Shown one piece after another: positions 53,174 through 61,841 of a stretch of 64,000 nucleotides of DNA. Positions within the stretch are counted from its first letter, which is position 1, and the number at the start of each line of letters is the position of its first letter. The position numbers were made by a program, and so were the translations under genes. The stretch comes from Bacteroidales bacterium. Lineage in GTDB: Bacteria > Bacteroidota > Bacteroidia > Bacteroidales > WCHB1-69. The stretch is taken from the NCBI GenBank assembly GCA_017443175.1, contig JAFSOZ010000011.1, positions 26,921-90,920 of the forward strand, written 5' to 3'. The notes under the pieces were generated by a model. The model did not search any database. It saw only the letters and a list, made by a program, of their open reading frames with translations, and had not been told where the DNA came from.

Positions 53174-53397
53174 TTCGCGTCAAAATTATCGTTCAAATAT
53201 CCCGTCTCTTTGGTCTGGATAATCATCTCCAACCCCAAGACTGTCATAATCTTCTGCATGGTATGCAGCGAAGGATTCCCTTTCCCGCGCTCAATGTCCT
53301 TAACGGTGGCAATGCCCACCTCAGCGAACTCTGCCAGGTCTTGTTGCGACAGTCCCAACCGCGCTCTCCTCTCCTTTATGATTGCTGCAATATCCAT
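53170..53397 (-). CDS. hipB: XRE-family HTH protein (HipB-like)
   Basis: 75 aa. RRARLGLSQQDLAEFAEVGIATVKDIERGKGNPSLHTMQKI is a Cro/C1-type HTH. 4-nt overlap with hipS. Confidence 0.8.
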   Translation of the reverse strand: MDIAAIIKERRARLGLSQQDLAEFAEVGIATVKDIERGKGNPSLHTMQKIMTVLGLEMIIQTKETGYLNDNFDAK

Positions 53398-53429
53398 TTT
53401 TAAAAGTATGTTTTATTGTACTTCGGCGG

Positions 53430-53437
53430 CAAAATTA
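53430..53437 (-). promoter_or_regulatory. -7 box (TAATTTTG on minus strand)
   Basis: 33 nt upstream of the hipB ATG. Confidence 0.45.
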
Positions 53438-53528
53438 CACATTTTTCGGTTATCCGCCGCTAAAAAGTATAAAATATCATACTTTACATGTAGAAAAACT
53501 TCTCATTCGCAACGACCGTTATTTTTCG

Positions 53529-53536
53529 TACTTTTG
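53529..53536 (+). promoter_or_regulatory. -7 box (TACTTTTG)
   Basis: 45 nt upstream of ATG 53581. Confidence 0.5.
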
Positions 53537-53580
53537 CAGCCTTAAAAATATCGAGAATAAAACTGAACAAAATTTATAAT

Positions 53581-54534
53581 ATGCAAAATCCAGGTATTTC
53601 CATCGTTGTGCCTGTTTACAACCTCGAAAAATATATAAAACATTGTTTGGACAGTATCGCTCGACAAACATTTTCGAACTTTGAGGTTCTCCTGATAGAT
53701 GACGGCAGTACTGACAATTCAGGAGCGATTTGCGATGAATATGCCCAACGTGACAATCGGTTCCATGCATATCATAAAGCGAATGGCGGACTAGCATCAG
53801 CCAACCAGTATGGACTTGAAAGGGCTACGGGGAAATATATTATAAATGTGGATCCTGACGATTGGGTGGAGGATGAGATGCTAGCATCTCTCTATTCCAA
53901 GGCCGAAGAGGATGATGCAGATATGGTTATCTGTGATTTTTACATGGACTACCCCAAAAAGCAACTATATAAATCCCAGCAGCCGGATTCTCTTGAACCA
54001 GATCACATTATTGACAGTCTCTTCTCCGGCAAGCTACATGGAAGTCACTGTAACAAATTGATAAGAGTATCCTGTATCCGGGAGGGTCATGTATCGTTCG
54101 TTGAGGGTGCCAACTATTGCGAGGATCTTCTTTTTAACGTTCAAGTGCTTACTCACATCAAGAAAGTTTCATATATACATGCTTCCTTCTATCACTATGT
54201 ACAGTATGCCGACAACACATCTTATACTAATCCATCCAACACCAAATGGCTGAAGAATTACGAAATATACCAGAAAGAGGCAGAGCGGTTGGCAGGGGAA
54301 TTGAACAAACCTTGGATTCGGGATTCTGTGCACATGAACAAATTGATGGGTATGATACGGCATCGTTACATTAAAAAGAGCGAATTCAAGAAGGAATTAA
54401 ACAGAAATGATGTTCGCTGGGTAACGAAAGATATGCCCTACAAAAATAAAACATTGCTGTATGTGGCAAAGTATATCTCCTTTCCTCTGTCGCAAAGGCT
54501 ATATTCTTTGTTTATGACTACTTTCAGAAAATAA
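53581..54534 (+). CDS. family 2 glycosyltransferase
   Basis: ISIVVPVYNLEKYIKHCLDSIARQTFSNFEVLLIDDGSTD...NVDPDDW. AT-rich gene. Confidence 0.85.
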   Translation: MQNPGISIVVPVYNLEKYIKHCLDSIARQTFSNFEVLLIDDGSTDNSGAICDEYAQRDNRFHAYHKANGGLASANQYGLERATGKYIINVDPDDWVEDEMLASLYSKAEEDDADMVICDFYMDYPKKQLYKSQQPDSLEPDHIIDSLFSGKLHGSHCNKLIRVSCIREGHVSFVEGANYCEDLLFNVQVLTHIKKVSYIHASFYHYVQYADNTSYTNPSNTKWLKNYEIYQKEAERLAGELNKPWIRDSVHMNKLMGMIRHRYIKKSEFKKELNRNDVRWVTKDMPYKNKTLLYVAKYISFPLSQRLYSLFMTTFRK

Positions 54535-54558
54535 AAAGATTTTATAATCACTCAAATA

Positions 54559-57066
54559 ATGGATATGAAAAAGAAAAACATCTGGATTCACCTGATGATG
54601 GTGGTCGCCATGTTCTTAATGGCATCTGTATATCTTATGCCTGTGTATGAAGGCAAGACGCTGGTTCAAGGTGACCAGCAGAAATCCTTGGCAGCAAGTT
54701 ATAAACTGCGTATGGATGAAGAGAGAACTGGACATGTTCCTAAATGGGAAGAAGCCATGTTCAGCGGTATGCCTGCATACCAGATAAGGGTTGATCCTCA
54801 GAAATCGCTATTTTCGTACTTGCATAGGGCTGTTTTGATGATGGACACTCCTTTGTACATATCAAATACTGTCGTCATTATTTTTCTTTATCTTCTGGGC
54901 TTCTATATCGCCATGGTACTGTTGGGGTTCTCCCCATGGCTGGCGATGTTGGGGGCAGTCGGCTTCGGATTAGGGAGTTATAATATTATCATCATAGAAG
55001 CCGGCCATGCCACAAAAGCATGGTGCATGGCCATGATGGCGCCGATCTTGGCCGGTATGCTCATGACCATGAAGGCCGCTATAGACAAAGACATGGACAA
55101 AAAGACGCGCAACCGACAGATGCTGTGGGGAACCATTCTCTTCGCTGTGTCTCTTATCTTGCAGATTTCGTTCAACCATATCCAAATCACCTTCTATACT
55201 GCTATCGGCTGCTTGGCAATTGGACTCGTCTATCTGGTCTATGCCATCGTAAACAAGCGTATCCTTTCCTTTGCGGCCACATCAGGTATCTTGCTGTTGT
55301 GTGTGGGGCTGGCCATTGGCTGCAACGCGCGACATCTGTTTGTCAACCAGGAGTATGCCAAATATACGATGCGTGGCGGCAGCGAAATCACGGTGACGCC
55401 CGACGACCTTTACCACGAGCAGAGTAATACAGCCGCTCAAAATACCGCTACAGGTCTTGATATCGACTATGCGTACGCATGGAGTTATGGTGTCGGCGAA
55501 ACCTACACCCTGCTGGTTCCCGGTGCAATGGGTGGCGGCAGCGGAGAACGAATGAGCAAGGAAAGCGCTTTCTACAAGGCTTTCCGCAGCGAGCAGGCTC
55601 CGCTCTACTGGGGCGACCAACCGTTTACCAGCGGCCCTGTCTATTTCGGAGCCGTGATACTGCTATTCTTCTTGATAGGCATGATTGTCACCCGCGGGCC
55701 CGAACGCTGGTGGGTGCTGGTGGCCACGATAATAGGCATTCTGTTGGCATGGGGGAAAAACTTCCTGCCCTTCAATGAATGGGTCTTCTACCACATCCCA
55801 TACTACAACAAATTCCGGACTCCGAGCATGGCGTTGGTACTGTCTAACGTGTGCGTAGCGATTATGGCCGTGTTCGGCTTGAAGGCGGTGCTCGACAAAG
55901 AACGTGACCGCCGTCGTGTCAACCTCGGCATCTACATCGGAACCGGCGTCCTGAGTGCCCTCATCCTTGTGGTGCTCCTCCTCAGCGGTTCGTTCAGCTA
56001 CAGCGGTTTGAGCGACACCCAGATGGCTGCCCAGTATGGCAACCAATGGGATATGATCAAGGGCGTGCTGGTAAGCGATCGTATGGCCTTGCTGCGCAGC
56101 GACTCGTGGCGCAGCCTTATCCTCATCCTCCTCGCCGCTGTCGTTATTTGGCTCTATAACAACGAAAAACTGAAAAAGAGCGGCATCGTTATTGCTATTA
56201 TAGGCGTGCTGGTGCTTGTCGATTTGTGGAGTTTGGACCGTCGTTACCTTAATGAGGACAATTTCGTGAAATCGCGCAAGTTGGAACTCCGTCCTGACCA
56301 GTGGGACAAAGATATTGATGAGTTGGCTGCTCGCAACGGCGACCACGACTACCGCGTGTTCAATCTGGCCGTCAATACCTTTAACGACAGCAAACCTGCG
56401 GCTTTCCATAACCAGATCGGCGGTTACAGCGCTGCCAAACTGAGCCGTTACCAGAACCTTATCGACTTCTATCTCAGCCGTCATATCAAGCCTGAAGTGC
56501 TGGCCATGCTCAACACCCGCTATGTGGTGTTCCAGAACGGCCAGGTGCAACGACTACCCGACGACCAAGTGCTGGGCAACTGCTGGTTCGTACAAGAAAT
56601 CAAGCCCGTGGGCAATCCCAACGAGGAAATCTTGGCCCTCAATGAGATCAACCCTGCAGTCACAGCCGTCATCGACACGAGCAAGTATAGCGTTAAGCAT
56701 ACAGCATTCGGAACTGACACCACGGCCACAATAGCATTGGAGCCCCAGAAAGAGGAGAGTGCGGACTATCGCAAATATGTCTCGCACAGCAGCAGCGACC
56801 AGTTGGCTGTCTTCAGTGAAATCCACTATGCACCTGACTGGTTCGCCTATATCGACGGCAAGCCTGCCGAGTACCTCTGCGCTAACTTCGTGCTCCGCGC
56901 CATGTTTGTGCCCGCTGGCGATCACGTCATCGAGTTCAAGAACGAAGCGCCGCTCTTCAACCGTCTGGACAACATCGGCTTGATTGTCTCCATCATCACG
57001 TTGCTAGCAATGGCTGCAGCTATCGTACTTTGTTATCGTCCATCCCGAAGTTCCAAGACTGAATAG
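54559..57066 (+). CDS. YfhO-family polytopic membrane protein (GT-C-like glycosyltransferase)
   Basis: 835 aa. About 12 N-terminal TM helices, a large extracytoplasmic C-terminal domain and a final TM helix. The N-terminus resembles Bacteroidetes YfhO proteins (from memory). Confidence 0.6.
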   Translation: MDMKKKNIWIHLMMVVAMFLMASVYLMPVYEGKTLVQGDQQKSLAASYKLRMDEERTGHVPKWEEAMFSGMPAYQIRVDPQKSLFSYLHRAVLMMDTPLYISNTVVIIFLYLLGFYIAMVLLGFSPWLAMLGAVGFGLGSYNIIIIEAGHATKAWCMAMMAPILAGMLMTMKAAIDKDMDKKTRNRQMLWGTILFAVSLILQISFNHIQITFYTAIGCLAIGLVYLVYAIVNKRILSFAATSGILLLCVGLAIGCNARHLFVNQEYAKYTMRGGSEITVTPDDLYHEQSNTAAQNTATGLDIDYAYAWSYGVGETYTLLVPGAMGGGSGERMSKESAFYKAFRSEQAPLYWGDQPFTSGPVYFGAVILLFFLIGMIVTRGPERWWVLVATIIGILLAWGKNFLPFNEWVFYHIPYYNKFRTPSMALVLSNVCVAIMAVFGLKAVLDKERDRRRVNLGIYIGTGVLSALILVVLLLSGSFSYSGLSDTQMAAQYGNQWDMIKGVLVSDRMALLRSDSWRSLILILLAAVVIWLYNNEKLKKSGIVIAIIGVLVLVDLWSLDRRYLNEDNFVKSRKLELRPDQWDKDIDELAARNGDHDYRVFNLAVNTFNDSKPAAFHNQIGGYSAAKLSRYQNLIDFYLSRHIKPEVLAMLNTRYVVFQNGQVQRLPDDQVLGNCWFVQEIKPVGNPNEEILALNEINPAVTAVIDTSKYSVKHTAFGTDTTATIALEPQKEESADYRKYVSHSSSDQLAVFSEIHYAPDWFAYIDGKPAEYLCANFVLRAMFVPAGDHVIEFKNEAPLFNRLDNIGLIVSIITLLAMAAAIVLCYRPSRSSKTE

Positions 57067-57068
57067 CT

Positions 57069-58229
57069 ATGACCACTGTCGGACAATATGCCATTGTGGC
57101 ACTGAAACTGATTGCTGCCTACTTCGTGACGCTTTTTTCTCCAAGCAAGCGGCGCAATCCCAACCTGATGCTTGTGTCGGAAAAAGGCTACGATGCCCGC
57201 GACAACGGCTACCATTTTTTCCTTCATGTGCTGCAATACCATCCTGAGATTGAAGCCTACTATGTCATTTCCGATGACTCTCCTGACCGTCCCCGGCTGG
57301 CGGAACATGAGAACAGATTGGTGCGTTACCTGTCGTTCAGACACTGTAAGCTCTTCTGCCAAGCCCATTGGTTGGTCGGCACACATTTCAGATCGGGACA
57401 TACCCCAATACCTTTCGAGGCTGCCAAATGGGTCAATCGTGTATTCCATATCTTCAAGAACAAAAAGGTGGTCTTCCTTCAGCATGGAATCACCAAGAAC
57501 TTCCAAAAACGTTTCGGGGTCAAGAATACTTTTTTCGATTTGATCATCTGTGGTGCTGCGCCCGAGGTCGATTACTTTGTGGAAGAATTCCAGTATCCCC
57601 GCAGTGTCGCACGTTACACTGGTTTTTGCCGGTATGATAAACTGATAGATTTTCAAGTGAAGCGTCAGCTGCTGGTGATGCCCACTTGGCGCAAATATAT
57701 TAACCCGAACCAGATTGTCGATAGCCAATATTACAAGGCCTACGAAGCCCTTTTGACAGACCCTCGGCTGGCTTCACTCCTCGAACAGCACGACATGGAG
57801 CTGATTTTCTATCCCCACCATTGTTTCCAACCGGTTGTCGACCGGTTCAAAAAAGGGGGAATCTCTCCACGTATCACCATAGCCGATGTGGCCCACTACG
57901 ACGTGCAGCAGCTGCTTAAGGAGTCGGCCTTGTTGGTAACCGACTACTCCAGCGTGTTTTTCGATTTTACCTACATGAAGAAGCCGGTGTTGTTCTACCA
58001 ATTCGACAAAGATATTTTCTTTAGCAAGCATGTCGGATCGGGTTATGTTGACGAGAGTGCATTCGGCCCAGTGGCCCTGGATGTCGATGGTCTGCTGTCA
58101 TCATTGGAGGCCTGTCTGGAGAACGGCATGCATCTGGAGCCCGCATACGAGGCGACGGTTGACCGTTTCTTCCCCATGCGCGACACGCACAACTGCGAGC
58201 GTGTATTCGACGCCGTAATGGACTGTTGA
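57069..58229 (+). CDS. CDP-glycerol glycerophosphotransferase family protein (TagB/TagF-like)
   Basis: LLVMPTWRKY, FYPHH and LLVTDYSSVFFDFTYMKKPVLFYQFD are signature segments of the Glyphos_transf family. Confidence 0.8.
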   Translation: MTTVGQYAIVALKLIAAYFVTLFSPSKRRNPNLMLVSEKGYDARDNGYHFFLHVLQYHPEIEAYYVISDDSPDRPRLAEHENRLVRYLSFRHCKLFCQAHWLVGTHFRSGHTPIPFEAAKWVNRVFHIFKNKKVVFLQHGITKNFQKRFGVKNTFFDLIICGAAPEVDYFVEEFQYPRSVARYTGFCRYDKLIDFQVKRQLLVMPTWRKYINPNQIVDSQYYKAYEALLTDPRLASLLEQHDMELIFYPHHCFQPVVDRFKKGGISPRITIADVAHYDVQQLLKESALLVTDYSSVFFDFTYMKKPVLFYQFDKDIFFSKHVGSGYVDESAFGPVALDVDGLLSSLEACLENGMHLEPAYEATVDRFFPMRDTHNCERVFDAVMDC

Positions 58230-58326
58230 CGGTTATCAACATTAAATGAAGGCAGAAAAATTATTGAAATCTGGTAAACCGTTGATAATAAATCTAACAA
58301 CAGCAAGATATAACAAATAGATTTGT

Positions 58327-58334
58327 TACTTTTG
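58327..58334 (+). promoter_or_regulatory. -7 box (TACTTTTG)
   Basis: 80 nt upstream of ATG 58414, at the boundary of the AT-rich Fdt cassette. Confidence 0.45.
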
Positions 58335-58413
58335 CACCGTTTTTTCCATTTGATGTTTTAGGGTTTTCACATCATTTGCAGAAACTATACGAAGTGTATA
58401 ATAATCGTTTGAT

Positions 58414-58833
58414 ATGCCTACAGTTGATGATGTTAAAATAATAGAACTACCAAAGGTGACAGACCCTCGCGGTAATCTCTCTTTTGTAGAGCAGTTGAAC
58501 CATATCCCGTTTGAGATAAAACGGACGTATTGGATTTATGATGTTCCAGGAGGAGAAGCAAGAGGTGGACATGCATTCATTCACAACGAGGAATTTATTA
58601 TTGCTCTATCAGGTTCTTTCGACATTGTGGTTGATGATGGAAATCAGAAAAAAGTGTTCACCTTGAACCGCTCTTATTATGGGTTGTACGTTCCATGTGG
58701 GCTTTGGAGAGAAATGGAAAATTTTTCCACAAATTCACTTGCGTTAGAGTTTGGATCAACGCATTATACAACAGATGACTATATTCGTGATTACGATTTA
58801 TTCATAAAATTGAAACACGATGAAAAAAAATAA
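58414..58833 (+). CDS. FdtA/QdtA-family cupin sugar 3,4-ketoisomerase (copy 1)
   Basis: 139 aa. DPRGNLSFVE...IKRTYWIYDVPGGEARGGHAF (WxcM-like). The motif reads H-A-F. Confidence 0.75.
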   Translation: MPTVDDVKIIELPKVTDPRGNLSFVEQLNHIPFEIKRTYWIYDVPGGEARGGHAFIHNEEFIIALSGSFDIVVDDGNQKKVFTLNRSYYGLYVPCGLWREMENFSTNSLALEFGSTHYTTDDYIRDYDLFIKLKHDEKK

Positions 58834-59242
58834 TGTATTTGACTGCACCATTATAGAATTGGATCGCCATCATAGTGACCGGAAAGGGAACCTTTCTGTT
58901 GTAGAAAATGGTGCGACACTTCCTTTCGATGTCAAGCGAGTCTATTATCTTTATGATATACCAGGAGGGGAAGGACGTGGAGCCCATGCACATAAAGAAT
59001 TGGAGCAACTTATTGTCGCAGCAAGCGGTTCGTTCACAGTAACTCTTGATGACGGCTTTAGTAAACGCAGTTTTTTCCTTAACCGTCCGTATCAGGGTTT
59101 ATATGTAAAACCAGGTATGTGGAGAAATTTGGAGGATTTTTCTTCAGGTGCCGTCTGCATGGTACTAGCATCGGATATTTACAAACCAGAGGATTATATC
59201 CGTAATTATAATGATTTTCAAGAATTCAGACATAGTTTATGA
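58820..59242 (+). CDS. FdtA/QdtA-family cupin sugar 3,4-ketoisomerase (copy 2)
   Basis: 140 aa. [10 protein letters not shown]...[26 protein letters not shown]. The motif reads H-A-H. Overlaps copy 1 by 14 nt. Confidence 0.78.
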   Translation: MKKNNVFDCTIIELDRHHSDRKGNLSVVENGATLPFDVKRVYYLYDIPGGEGRGAHAHKELEQLIVAASGSFTVTLDDGFSKRSFFLNRPYQGLYVKPGMWRNLEDFSSGAVCMVLASDIYKPEDYIRNYNDFQEFRHSL

Positions 59243-59697
59243 TACATCCACTTAGCGATTGCAAAACCACCTCTATCCCAGATAATACTAACATCTGGCA
59301 ATATTGTGTCGTGCTCTCAGAAGCGATAATCGGAGAGAATTGCAATATTTGTTCCCACTGCTTCATCGAGAACGATGTCAAGATTGGGAATAATGTGACT
59401 GTGAAATGTGGTGTGCAGATTTGGGACGGAATAGAGTTGGAAGACGATGTGATGATTGGCTCCAATGTAACCTTTACCAATGACATGTATCCACGCTCTA
59501 AAAATAAGGATTGGAAGTTGTTAAAGACAAAAGTGTGCAAGGGAGCAACCATAGGTGCAGGATCTGTTATTATGCCTGGTATTACAATAGGAGAAAATGC
59601 CTTTATAGCTGCAGGCTCTGTGGTGACTAAAGATGTTCCAGCAGGAGAATTGTGGATGGGAAATCCTGCAAGATTTTATAGGAAAGTAGATTTCTAG
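59239..59697 (+). CDS. hexapeptide-repeat N-acetyltransferase (FdtC/QdtC-like)
   Basis: 152 aa. Left-handed beta-helix repeats ([25 protein letters not shown]...) and a 4-nt overlap with the upstream gene. Confidence 0.75.
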   Translation: MIHPLSDCKTTSIPDNTNIWQYCVVLSEAIIGENCNICSHCFIENDVKIGNNVTVKCGVQIWDGIELEDDVMIGSNVTFTNDMYPRSKNKDWKLLKTKVCKGATIGAGSVIMPGITIGENAFIAAGSVVTKDVPAGELWMGNPARFYRKVDF

Positions 59698-59701
59698 ATA
59701 T

Positions 59702-60814
59702 ATGATTCCGTTTTTATCCCTTAAGGATGTTACCGCGCTGCATAGTGCAGAAATTAATGAAGCTGTCACCCGTGTGGTGAATAGCGGATGGTATCTCCAA
59801 GGCAAAGAGAATGAGAGATTTGAGGCGAATTATGCTAAATTCATAGGAACTAAATATTGCGTTGGATGTGCCAATGGGCTGGATGCACTTATTTGGATCT
59901 TTAGAGCATATATCGAGTTGGGTGTGATGAAGCCTGGCGATGAAGTGATTGTTCCTGCAAACACATACATTGCTACCATTCTTGCTATTACCGAGAATGG
60001 TCTGACACCAGTACTTGTGGAGCCTAAACTAAACACATTGGAGATTGATGATGACTTGATAGAACAGCACATTTCAGACAAGACGAAAGCCATCTGTATT
60101 GTTCATCTCTATGGCAGAAACGCCTATACGGAGAAAATTGGTGCACTTTGTGAGAGGTATAACCTGAAACTGATCGAAGACAATGCACAAGCGCATGGGT
60201 GCAAGTACATTGATGGCCGAACAACAGGCAGTATAGGGGATGCTGCGGGGCATAGTTTCTACCCGGGCAAAAACCTTGGCGCATTGGGTGATGGCGGTGC
60301 CGTAACTACTGATGATGAGAAACTGGCAACGGCCATCCGCACTTTGGCCAACTATGGTTCGCAGAAGAAGTATGTATTTAAGTACTGCGGTCGCAATAGT
60401 CGCTTAGATGAGATTCAGGCAGCAGTGTTGGATGTAAAACTAAAATTTTTGGTTGAAGATAACGCCTATCGCAAAAAGGTAGCTCATTATTATTATGAGC
60501 ATATCCATAACTCATTAATCACATTGCCTGATTTACTCCCTGATGATCAGAATGTCTATCACTTGTTCCCGATTCTTGTGAGTGGAAACAGACGCGACGC
60601 ATTGCACGGCTATCTTGAACAGAATGGAGTGGGCACAGTGATTCATTACCCTATTCCGCCTCACAAGCAGGAATGTTTTAAAGAGTGGGATAGATTGTCA
60701 TTGCCAATTACAGAAATGATTGCAGAAGAAGAATTGAGTTTGCCGATGGGTCCTTCCGTAGACTTGAAAGAGGTTAAAGAAATTGTCAGATTGATTAATA
60801 ATTTTATAGAATAG
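59702..60814 (+). CDS. DegT/DnrJ/EryC1-family PLP sugar aminotransferase (FdtB/QdtB-like)
   Basis: 370 aa. NSGWYLQGKENERFE, EDNAQAHG and HSFYPGKNLGALGDGG (PLP lysine region). Confidence 0.85.
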   Translation: MIPFLSLKDVTALHSAEINEAVTRVVNSGWYLQGKENERFEANYAKFIGTKYCVGCANGLDALIWIFRAYIELGVMKPGDEVIVPANTYIATILAITENGLTPVLVEPKLNTLEIDDDLIEQHISDKTKAICIVHLYGRNAYTEKIGALCERYNLKLIEDNAQAHGCKYIDGRTTGSIGDAAGHSFYPGKNLGALGDGGAVTTDDEKLATAIRTLANYGSQKKYVFKYCGRNSRLDEIQAAVLDVKLKFLVEDNAYRKKVAHYYYEHIHNSLITLPDLLPDDQNVYHLFPILVSGNRRDALHGYLEQNGVGTVIHYPIPPHKQECFKEWDRLSLPITEMIAEEELSLPMGPSVDLKEVKEIVRLINNFIE

Positions 60815-60819
60815 TTGTC

Positions 60820-61719
60820 ATGCCAACACCATTAGTATCCATCGTTGTTGCTTCATATAATGCATCAAAAACCATTGTTGAAACATTAGACAGCATAAAG
60901 AATCAGACATATTCTCCCTTGGAATTGATCATAGCTGATGATTGTTCTCAAGATGACACTGCCATCAAATGTGAAGAATGGTTGGCGGAAAATCAGAATA
61001 GATTTGTTAGGAGCAAACTCATTGTCAACGAGGAGAACAAGGGTATTTCTGCCAATTTTAATATTGGAGTGCGGGCTTCTTCGGGAGAATGGATAAAAAT
61101 ATTTGGAGATGACATCCTTTTGCCAGATGCAATCGAGAAAAATGTGTGTTTTGCCATTAAAAATGAATGCAACATGGTGTTTTCAAGGGTAATATATTTT
61201 TCAGAAGAGACTAAAGAGGAGTTGAAGATCCTTCCCGAAGATGACTATTTTTTTCCAGTTTCTAGTCACGAACAGTTTCTTACTCATATTCGGAACAGAT
61301 TTATCACCCCAACTCCTACTTGGTTTTATAAGAGAGAACTATTTGATAAACTGGGTGGATATGATGAGCACTATCGATTATTAGAAGACTATCCTTTTCA
61401 ATTCAAGATGTTGGAGCTAGGTGAACGTTTCTCATATTTGCCTCAAGTAACTGTAAGATATAGAATTACAAACACTTCAGTCTCAAACAGTAAAAAATCG
61501 ACTGGAAAAAAGAAACAGCCTTTTTTTGAGGATAGATTGGCTGTTTTCTATGAATTACGAGTGCCAGCTTTAAAAAAGCATGGTTTTTGGGGTTCATTAA
61601 TCTATTATAAAATGGTATATTTCTTCTACAGAAAGAAAATATATTCCAAAGACAATTCTATTGCGCGTTATTTTTATGGGGCGTTATGTTGTGTGTTGTC
61701 TTTCTTTAGAAAATACTAG
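60820..61719 (+). CDS. family 2 glycosyltransferase
   Basis: VSIVVASYNASKTIVETLDSIKNQTYSPLELIIADDCSQDDT...FGDDILL. Confidence 0.85.
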   Translation: MPTPLVSIVVASYNASKTIVETLDSIKNQTYSPLELIIADDCSQDDTAIKCEEWLAENQNRFVRSKLIVNEENKGISANFNIGVRASSGEWIKIFGDDILLPDAIEKNVCFAIKNECNMVFSRVIYFSEETKEELKILPEDDYFFPVSSHEQFLTHIRNRFITPTPTWFYKRELFDKLGGYDEHYRLLEDYPFQFKMLELGERFSYLPQVTVRYRITNTSVSNSKKSTGKKKQPFFEDRLAVFYELRVPALKKHGFWGSLIYYKMVYFFYRKKIYSKDNSIARYFYGALCCVLSFFRKY

Positions 61720-61841
61720 AAATATCCGCCCAGGGGGTACAGGTCAGACTTACCTCAGAATTAGATTACAATTTTGGATTCGATACTTTTTTGTTATTAT
61801 TTTTTGTGGTTTTGCGGCTAAAAATACAATTCATCCCCCTT

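Noticed and set aside
53401-53490. 8-bp inverted repeat (aaagtatg / catacttt) flanking the hipB promoter box, considered as an invertible promoter
   Set aside because: The repeat is too short and AT-rich to be significant. No recombinase gene is adjacent, and Bacteroidales invertons usually have much longer inverted repeats.
58232-58288. 8-bp inverted repeat (ttatcaac / gttgataa) after the TagF-like gene, considered as a terminator or inverton
   Set aside because: The loop is about 41 nt, no T-run follows and the pairing does not extend, so chance occurrence is likely.
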